The translations under genes and the position numbers were made by a program. The notes below the pieces were generated by a model. The model did no database searches and was not told where the DNA came from. It saw only the letters and a program-made list of their open reading frames with translations. From Octopus sinensis (Eukaryota), in assembly GCF_006345805.1 (NCBI RefSeq), contig NC_043011.1, positions 28,780,464 through 28,844,463 of the forward strand: a DNA stretch of 64,000 nucleotides, read 5' to 3'. Positions 55,046-64,000 of this stretch are shown here, in pieces (position 1 is the stretch's first letter; the number at the start of each line of letters is the position of its first letter).

Positions 55046-55611
55046 AGGTCTTGTTTAATATTGAATTCAAATATAAGAGGAACACCTCGATTTTTTGAGA
55101 CAAGATATAGTCCATTAAGACTAACCACAGTTCATGACAGATTCTTATTTCATCGACACAGGAAAGATTTGTTCTTTTTTTTAAATCAAAAACAGAAACA
55201 AAGATGATTGCTTTAACAAGTAATTACATTAGAAACACTTAAACCAACAAAGCAACAGTTGTGTAGTGTACATAACAACAGTTAATCAGAAATGACATCA
55301 CCTTCACTAGCAACATTATTAATACAAAATTTCCGTCAACGGTATTACTTGAATAATCTCAATAAAACTTTCGGAATATTTGCAAAAGATTGTACGAAAC
55401 GAATGCTAAAATCATTTAGATTATTAACGATCGCTCGTTTAATCTTTTATCGCAAAGAGTACAGATAAATATTTTTGCTTTTCTTTACGATGTAGTCTTT
55501 TTTTTGTTTTTCTTTATGATGTAGTCTTTTTTTTTTGTTTTAATATCACTGATTAATTTTGTCTGTATTCTTCGAATTATTTCTTTTTTCTTTTTCTGGA
55601 TTGTATTAGTC

Positions 55612-56130
55612 ACGTATGTATGTATGTATGTATGTATGTATGTATGTATGTATGTATGTATGTATGTATGCATGTATGTATGTATGTATGTATGTATGTA
55701 TGTATGTATGTATGCATGTATGTATGTATGTACAGATGTATGTGTGTATGTATGTATTGTGTGTATAGATGTATGTATGTATGTATGTATGTATGTGTGT
55801 ATATATGTGTGTATGTATGTATTTATGTATTTACGTATGTATATATCTATGTATGTATATATGTATATGTGTGTATGTGTGTATGTATATATATATGTGT
55901 GTGTATGTGTGTATGTATGTAGAGATGTATGCATGTATGTATGTGTATATGTATGCATGTATGTCTGTATATGTGTATTTATGTAAGTATGCATTTATTT
56001 ATCTATGTATGTGTGTGTCTGTGTGTGTCTATGTGCATGTATGTACATAGGTGTGTATGTATGTATGTATGTATGTATGTATGTATGTATGTATGTATGA
56101 TGTATGTGTATATGCATATATGTATGTATT
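55612..56130 (+). repeat. (TATG)n-derived microsatellite
   Basis: Direct reading. Confidence 0.95.
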
Positions 56131-56309
56131 GCGCAACGTTTTAGATTAACTGAGAACGCATATTGCAAATTTAACATCGAATGGTTCTTATTTTGTTCAG
56201 AATGACACATCATAAATATATGTTCATTCAACATTTCGTTATTGGTGTCTTGAAATGCACTTAAACATTATGCTGTTATTGATAATTATTAAATTGGATT
56301 TTGACTTTT

Positions 56310-56483
56310 CCAAAAAAAATGACAAAAAAACCAAGAATACCCAACTCGCCTTCCTGCTCGACCTCTTCGTCAGCAATTATTCTAATTTTGCCAAGTATAA
56401 GACCATCGATTTGAAAAAAAAAACTGTCAAAGAGCGCTGGTTTTTGAACTATCGCAAGTTTAGACAAGATATTTGGTACTCAG
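56310..56483 (+). CDS. Candidate coding exon, unknown protein, 5' boundary unclear
   Basis: Frame KNTQLAFLLDLFVSNYSNFAKYKTIDLKKKTVKERWFLNYRKFRQDIWYS with a run of C-ending codons (CTC GCC TTC CTG CTC GAC CTC TTC GTC AGC) and donor CAG|GTATGA. Confidence 0.4.
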
Positions 56484-56607
56484 GTATGATTAATATATAT
56501 ATTATGCTATATTATGTATATACATACATACAGACATACACACATATTGGTACTCAGGTATGATTAATATATATATTATGCTATATTATGTATATACATA
56601 AATACAG

Positions 56608-56653
<46 letters not shown>

Positions 56654-56804
56654 ATATATAAATGCATATATATTATATATATATGTATATATATATTACA
56701 TATGCATGTATATATATATATATGCATTCAAGTATGATTAATATATATTTATGTATGTAAATATATATATATTATATTATACATATATATATGTATATAT
56801 ATAT

Positions 56805-56981
56805 ATTTATTATATAGAAGGAGCTTCTGAAGACGTGTTCCGGCGCCCGGCGGCGCGACGCCGAGCGAACGGCGACGCGGCCGCGCGGGAGCGAGGCGAC
56901 ACACACGGCCCGACCGTTCGCTCGGCGTCGCGCCGCCGGGCGCCGGAACACGTCTTCAGAAGCTCCTTCTATATAATAAAT
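56805..56981. repeat. Perfect 68 bp-arm GC-rich inverted repeat with 41 nt loop
   Basis: 56805-56872 is the exact reverse complement of 56914-56981; 84 of 100 bases in 56841-56940 are G or C (hand count). Confidence 0.97.
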
Positions 56982-57894
56982 TAATTTTACTCTGCTATGT
57001 ATTGAGTACCTTATTTACTGTGGTTAACCCCGAATCAACCCGGGACCTACATATGTATATATATATATATATATATATAAGCATGCATACATGTATGTAT
57101 ATGCATATGTCACACACACATACACACACCCACACGCACACACATATATTGTTATGATACAAGATTTCATCAAGTTGCCAAATTTCTCAAGAAAAATAAA
57201 TAGATAAGTGCATTTTACTTCGTAAGGTATTGTAGGCTTTGTTCATTTTAGTCTTTACTCAGAAATAAGACTTTGAAGAATTAGATTCATTCTGAAATGT
57301 ATATTCATGTAAAAGATAATAAATTGTTAAAGGAAATATCTAATTTATGTTAGAGGTAATATCTTCAATTCAGATTTCTCACTAAGCTTCATAACGCTTT
57401 GAAAGTTAACTGAATCTTGACAGATAATAAATATTGGATTAGAACAGGGATGTGATATATAATCGTTTGAACAGAATCTCAGAATATTGTTGCAGATGTT
57501 ACATTTATTTCTTCTGATTAGAAAATTGTAAATGAATGAATATTAGGTCTATTATAAAGAAACGTTGTCTAGTCGAATGTTCGTGTCTGTAAGAAACTGC
57601 ATAACGTAATTCGTGATCGTCTGCTTAACTTTAATGATATTTCATACAGCAACGTTACAGCTACAGCTTGTTACATTTAACTGGTAAAAGACCAGGGACG
57701 TTATTCGCATCAAAATATCACCTGCATCAAGCATTTAACGGGCCAACGATAAAGTCCAACGCACCAGAAATAACAATCAAACCTTTGCATATCACATAGT
57801 ACCGCCTTTAAAAGAAATAAGAAAGCGTTCGAAAATGAAGACCTAGGTTCATTACACTTCAAAATGTGGGTATGATAACCACTTGAACTCTTTA

Positions 57895-58200
57895 GTTAGT
57901 CTTTTCCTTTTCATGCATCTTCTTATTTCCTCCTCCTCTTCCTCCTCCTCTTCATATTCCTCCTCCTCCTTTTCTTCCTCTTCATCTTCCTCCTCCTCCT
58001 TTTCTTCCTCTTCATCTTCCTCCTCCTTCTCCTTCCTCCTCCTCATCTTCCCTTCCTTCTCCTCCCTTTCCTCCCTTTCCTCCCCTCTCCTCCCCTTCCT
58101 CCCCTCCCCTCTCCACCTCCTCTTCATCTTCCTCCTCTTCGCTTCCCTCTTCATCTTCCTCCTCCTCTTCATCTTCCACCCCCCACCCCCCCCCCCCACA
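57895..58200 (+). repeat. Polypyrimidine (TCC/TTC)n low-complexity tract
   Basis: Direct reading; source of the poly-S and poly-E pseudo-ORFs. Confidence 0.9.
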
Positions 58201-58660
58201 CCCACACACGCATATATCTTGTACTATTTGTTGCTTCGGGTCATTTTATTATTCTAATGTCCGTAATTCCACCGTGAAATTGCATTGCTGTTGACCGTTT
58301 TGTAAATGAAATTGTTTGAATTTTGCAGGTCACAGACCACATTGCTTGGAGCTTTCATTCATACTTAATATTGAACAGATTCATCACACATCACAACCCT
58401 CAAAAATTAAATTTTTAGCATGTATGTATAGTATGTGTAGTATGTATGTATGTATATGTATGTATGTGTATGTGTATGTATGTTGTGTTTGTGTGTTTGT
58501 GTGTCTATGTACATACATATGCTTATATATTTATATATATCATATTAATATTTACATATACGTATCTATCTATCTCTATCAATCTATAGCGGTCGTCTGT
58601 CTGTCTGTTTTCTGTCTGTCTGTTTGTCTGTCTGTCTGTTTGTCTGTCTGCTGTCTGTCT

Positions 58661-58691
<31 letters not shown>

Positions 58692-58695
58692 TCTC

Positions 58696-58764
<69 letters not shown>

Positions 58765-59082
58765 ATATATATATATATTATATATATATATATATTTATA
58801 GGTATGTATAGTGTGTGCGCGTGTGTATGTATGAAGTCCCATGGCACATGTGAAAGCTGATATTTGTAGTTCTTGAAACAAAGTTGCCATTTCTTAATGT
58901 CTGTGATTGCCTTAGAGTAAAACTCGGAGAATCCAATAAAAGAGCTGTTGAAAGATTAATAAACGTAATGGAGTGGTAGTTGATGCTGTGTGTTAGTCAG
59001 ATGCACTGAGGCAATCGTCAGTTTATATCAACAAGTTCTGCTTTTCTTGTTCAATTCTTCTTGAATTTGCCTTTCTGTCAAG

Positions 59083-59670
59083 GCGGCAAGGTGGCAGAAA
59101 CGTTAGCACGCCGGGCGAAATGCGTAGCCGTATTTCGTCTGCCGTTACATTCTGAGTTCAAATTTTGCCGAGGTACATTTTACCTTTCATCCTTTCGGGG
59201 TCGATAAATTAAGTACCAGTTACGCACTGGGGTCGATATAGTCCACTTAATCCGTCTGTCTGTCCTTGTTTGCCTCCTCTGTGTTTAGCCCCTTGTGGGT
59301 TGTAAAGAAATAGAAATAGGTATTTCGTCTGCCGCTACGTTCAGAGTTCAAGTTCCGCCGAGGTCAACTTTGCCTTTCATCCTTTCGGGGTCGATTAAAT
59401 AAGTACCAGTTACGCACTAGGGTAGATATAATCGACTTAATCCGTTTGCCTGTCTTTGTTTGTCCCCTCTGTGTTTAACCCCTTGTGGGTAGTAAAGAAA
59501 TGGGTATTTCGTCTGTCTTTGCGTTGTGAGTTCAAATTCCGCCGAGGTCGACTTTTCTTTTCATCCTTTCGGGATCGATAAATTAAGTAACAGTTGCGTA
59601 TTGGAGTCGATCTAATCGACTGGCTCCTCCCCACAAAATTCGGGCCATGTCCCTAGAGTAGAAAAGAATT
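59083..59670 (+). mobile_element. SINE family A tandem trimer
   Basis: One head followed by three body units, restarting at GGTATTTCGTCTG near 59320 and 59503. Confidence 0.88.
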
Positions 59671-60157
59671 TACCTTTCTGTCTTTTTAATTTCTCTGTCT
59701 TATAACAATTCTCTCTCTCTTTCTCCCCACGCAGCACATGTTTCCAAGCACATACTTTTACACACGTATCTCTTCGACAACACCGTACAGTTTATGCTAG
59801 TACACTATTGGTATAAAAAATTCTTATTTAAAAAGCACATTTGCAAAGGTAGTAAGAAATTTCAAATTCCACGGAAGGTAATTATTAACTTTTTCTTAAA
59901 TTGTTTCACATTTAAATTGTTTTATGTTTATAAAGCATTTACGTATTTATCTAAGTTTATATACGTATATGTTTGTATTCATAATTTAGTACCCCACCGA
60001 CTTCGTTTCTTCATAACTTGCTTAAGAACGCGTATCTGCTAATGAAATTTTGAAGAGGTACAACAGAGAAGGTGTAGATGACGACTAAGTTGATGGATGT
60101 TAATTTGTTTCTTAGAGAAAACAAAAGTTTAGATATTTTAAGTTATTTTATAACTTA

Positions 60158-60440
60158 CTCTTTTACTCTTTTGCCGAACACCTAAGTTACGGGGACGTAA
60201 ATACACCAGCATCGGTTGTCAAGCGATGTTGGGGGGACAAACACATGCACACGCATACACACACATACACACACACACACGCATATATATATATATACGA
60301 CGGGCTTCTTTCAGTTTCCGTCTACCAAATCCACTCACAAGGCATTGGTCGGCCCGAGGCTATAGTAGAAGACACTTGCCCAAGGTGCCACGCAGTGGGA
60401 CTGAACCCAGAACCATGTGGTTGGTAAGCAAGCTACTTAG
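60158..60440 (-). mobile_element. SINE family B
   Basis: Homology to 13345-13760. Confidence 0.85.
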
Positions 60441-60755
60441 AGCCATTCCTACGCCGATTGCACAACATAAAAAAAACTATGATATTCTGATTGACATTAT
60501 TCATTTTGAGCATGAAATTGGAAGGCACGATAAAAAAGTCGCTAGTTTACGTCGAGTTTGCCACAACACAAATTGAAAGTATCCAGTAATTATAGGTGGG
60601 TAATTTGTTTAATGCTAGTACAAGGCCCAATCCTTGTTTCAGTATGGTAACTTGTGTGACTCAGTGACTCAAAGCTTCAAGCAGGTCTTCTCATACTAGA
60701 TAGTCTAAGGATAGAGACCAGGCTAATATGGATTACTTCTTCCCAGATGTATATA

Positions 60756-60815
<60 letters not shown>

Positions 60816-60889
60816 ACATATATAGGGCCAATACGATTTCATAGAAAAAAAAAGCATTGTTATAGAAGCATCGATGATAACTCAAAAGA

Positions 60890-61217
60890 ACAAAACCTGG
60901 GAGAGAAAGGCCTTTCCTTGGGGGAAATATGGTGCAGTGTTGCAAAACCTTAAGGGATGTTGCATGGCCGACTCTTTTTCTCGTCACCAGGAGAAAGTGT
61001 TGTGGCAGAGGTGGGGAAGGTGCAAATGGAAGAGCAGATCCTGAAGCGCAGGTGTGGGTGGATTGACTACACATCAAGGAAATCAACATTTGGAATTACA
61101 CGTCAGGCTCTGACCTTGGAGTCACAAAGGAGGCAGATAAGAGTACGTCCTAAAAATAGCCGGAGACAGGATATTGAGGCAGATCTAAGAAAGCAGGGCT
61201 CTAACTGTAGAGAATAA
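60890..61217 (+). mobile_element. RTE LINE 3' end fragment
   Basis: ILKRRCGWIDYTSRKSTFGITRQALTLESQRRQIRVRPKNSRRQDIEADL resembles the RTE RRWRWIGH...ITRQAL.WNPQG.R..GRPK consensus. Confidence 0.82.
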
Positions 61218-62164
61218 AAAAATACAGCTCAGAGTCGAAAATGGTGAAGAAAAAAGGCATCTATAACCTATGGTTTATAGGGAGCGAAGGGCTTAGACAA
61301 ATGATTTGTTAAAAACCGAATAATTTTAATTCGTATTGCAGCAGGATAAACGTAACCTGAGACAAGTTTTTTTAACGCACCTTTCATGTTCACGTCGATA
61401 ATGTATAACAATCCAAAATACCATAGATTTTTGTTATGATCTGCAATTATCACAATTAAGTTTTTGAACGGTTAAAGAGGTATGAATTTCTTTCCTTTCT
61501 CAATAGCAAAACTTGATTTTCTAATAGCCGAATAGCTTTCGAAAATGTATCTCTGTAAAATTTCTTTAGAAATATGTGCTGTTTAGGAAGATATAAAGAG
61601 ATAAATTCAGTGAAGGTGAGCTACTAAATTTTAGTTATACCATATATTAAAAATATGTCAAAGTTTACAATGTCGTACATCTGATACACCAGGAATGAAT
61701 ATTAAATATATGAATACACACACACACGACGGGTTTCCCCTGAGTTTCCCTTACAAGATATTGATCGGCCAGGACTTTTGTAGGACACCCTTATCCAACA
61801 TGCCTCGCAGTGGGACTGAAGACATAACCCCATGGTTGCAGATCGGCCTCTTAATTACACAGCCAAGCCTGCGTATATGTTAATTTAAATATAAATTCTT
61901 ACTGACTATTGGCAATTTTTAAAGCTTTGTTTTCTACTCAAAGATTAGAGCTTTTTTTTTCTCATTATTTCCATAATGCTGCTATGGAATGCATGACTAT
62001 TTGAACTTATTGAAGATCGTGCGTATATTCGGTCTGATGTTTTCTTTGGTTCTTTAAATTGTTCTAGACTTTGCTTTATATAGTAAGTTGTTTCGCAGTT
62101 CCTGTTGAACATATTCCATTTTGAAACTCATTTAACATTTTAATATTCATTAAGGCTGCCATCT

Positions 62165-62465
62165 GTGTAGTGACATTTCGTCCATCTTTATGTTCTGACT
62201 TCAGATCTCGCCGAAGTCGACTTTATCTTTCATTTTCTTTCGGGGTCGATAATGTATGTACCGGTTGATCAATGGGGTCGAAGTAATCGACTTGTTCTCT
62301 TCTCGAAATTGTTGGCCTTGTACAAAAATTTGAAACTAATGTTCTTTAAGGTGATCAACTAGCAAAGTCATTAGCACGCCGGGGAAAATGGTTAGCGGCA
62401 TTCCGTCCGTCTCTAGTTCTGAGTTCAAATTGTGCTGAGATCAACTATACTTTTCATTCTTTCAG
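62165..62465 (+). mobile_element. Degenerate SINE family A copies
   Basis: Body motifs GTTCTGA...GTCGACTTT...GGGGTCGAT; another partial copy at 63205-63360. Confidence 0.7.
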
Positions 62466-63559
62466 AATTTGTTAACTTGATGAATTGATGTCAGTCCTCG
62501 AGTATAGAAAGGGAGAAAAACTAAAGGTGGAAACAAATATGTGTGACTGTATGTGTGTGTGTGTGTGTGTGTGCGTATGTGCGTGCCGGAATACATATAC
62601 ATGTGTTTATAACACACCACACGCACACACACCACACACACACACACACACCACACACACACACACACACACATAATATATATATAGCATATATATATAT
62701 ATACCACATACACACACATGAGTATAGATTTATAAATTCAAAGGATATTTTAATCAGATGCTTATGCCGAGTTCATTCCCTTGCTTTTACTTACGACTCC
62801 CTTTTGAAGACTCAAGGCCAATCAATTATTGATCTGACCTATCGCTTTCTTAGCTTAGAGATAAAAAGAATTACGATGAAGCCTTGCTAGTGTCTATTGA
62901 AACTCATATCATTGATATACGGTTAATTGAGCCCAATAGGGATAAAAGGCGACTTGAAGTAGTGTCTTTTATGATGATGTGGAAATATCGTGTAAGTTGC
63001 GTGCTGCGAGAGTTGTATTAGCTTGTTGGATGGTGTGTTCTGTCTGTGATATGAACATAAGTATTCTCTTTTAAGTAGCAATCGATTTTTAAAGGAATCA
63101 CTCACTAAAATCTAAAACTCATCTGCATTATATCTTCCTGTTGTACCTCTTCATCATTACATATTCCTCCTTTTCATTGTTGTTGTTGTTGTTAACATCG
63201 TTAATTAATGCTGCGAGCTGACAGAATCATTAGCATGCCGGACAAAATGCTTAGTGGCATTCTGAGTTCAAATACCGCCGAGGTCGACTTTACTTTTTAT
63301 CTTTTCAGAGTAAAAAAAAAACAAGCACCAGTCGAGCACTGGGATCGATGTATTCGACCTCCACGCCCCTCTAAACTTTAGCGCACGACCCCCTCACACC
63401 TACGCCCCCTCCACGGCACACCCCAGCCACGCCACGGCATCCACGCCCCTCCACGCCTCCACCACTGCCCCTCTATATATATATATATATATATACTTGA
63501 ATAATGGAACTGCAAATACAATATCCTTATGTATCTCACTATTATATATATATATATAA

Positions 63560-63860
63560 ATCGTGATCACGTGACCGACCAGGCTATCAGATGTTGTTAC
63601 ACGTCGCTGGTCACAATGCGCTTCACATTGTTTTAGCCTTCAAATGACGCCACCCCACTGGCTAAGTGAGCAGGCCAACAGAAGAAAGAGTGAGAGAAAG
63701 TTGTGGTGAAAGAGTACAGCAGTGATCGCTAGAGCTGGAGCCTCATGGAGTTTTAGGCGTTTTCACTCAATAAACACTCACAATGCCCGGGCTGGGAATC
63801 AAAACCGCGATCCTACGGCCGTGAGTCCACTGCCCTAACAACTGGGCCATTGCGCCTCCA
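63560..63860 (-). mobile_element. SINE family C variant
   Basis: Minus head GGAGGCGCAATGGCCCAGTTGTTAGGGCAGTGG; the tail differs from 5848-6328. Confidence 0.8.
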
Positions 63861-64000
63861 CATATATATATGTGTTTAATCCATCTGAGCATGAAGAATT
63901 AGACATTAATGATGATGACAATAAATTGAAGGCAATAACCATCAACATTTATTTGTCTAGTAATTGATAATATCAAGAACAAGAATGGGAGGAGGAGAAG

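Noticed and set aside
58975-59035. Minus-strand CTGACGA-TTGC-CTCAGT-GCAT resembling the PLE ribozyme 5' half
   Set aside because: No GAAA after stem II and no proximal stem I.

Overview
AT-rich, microsatellite-saturated eukaryotic DNA with no intact long gene. Composition and the tRNA-derived SINE families point to an octopus/coleoid cephalopod genome (inference). The window is mostly (TA)n/(CA)n/(TATG)n/(TATC)n tracts, dozens of SINE copies from at least four families, LINE relics (RTE, CR1-type, possibly Tx1), two mariner relics, a Tigger-like MITE, a Helentron-type (HINE) element and a 5'-truncated Penelope-like element (RT + GIY-YIG). Almost all ORFs in the supplied track are microsatellite artefacts. 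The main unexpected signal is a cluster of type I hammerhead ribozyme motifs found by eye: nine fairly clear ones on both strands plus weaker relics. Five of them have unusually long stem II hairpins (52-65 nt) and sit in small non-coding elements next to (TA)n tracts. These include an apparently intact ribozyme at 37450-37551(-) and a ~395 bp fold-back carrying one hammerhead on each strand (21622-22016), followed by a third copy 820 nt downstream. A second oddity is a perfect 68 bp-arm inverted repeat with an ~84% GC core at 56805-56981. A few low-confidence candidate exons are noted, including a stop-interrupted frame resembling a NACHT N-terminus. All folds and translations were done by hand; none was confirmed computationally or experimentally.
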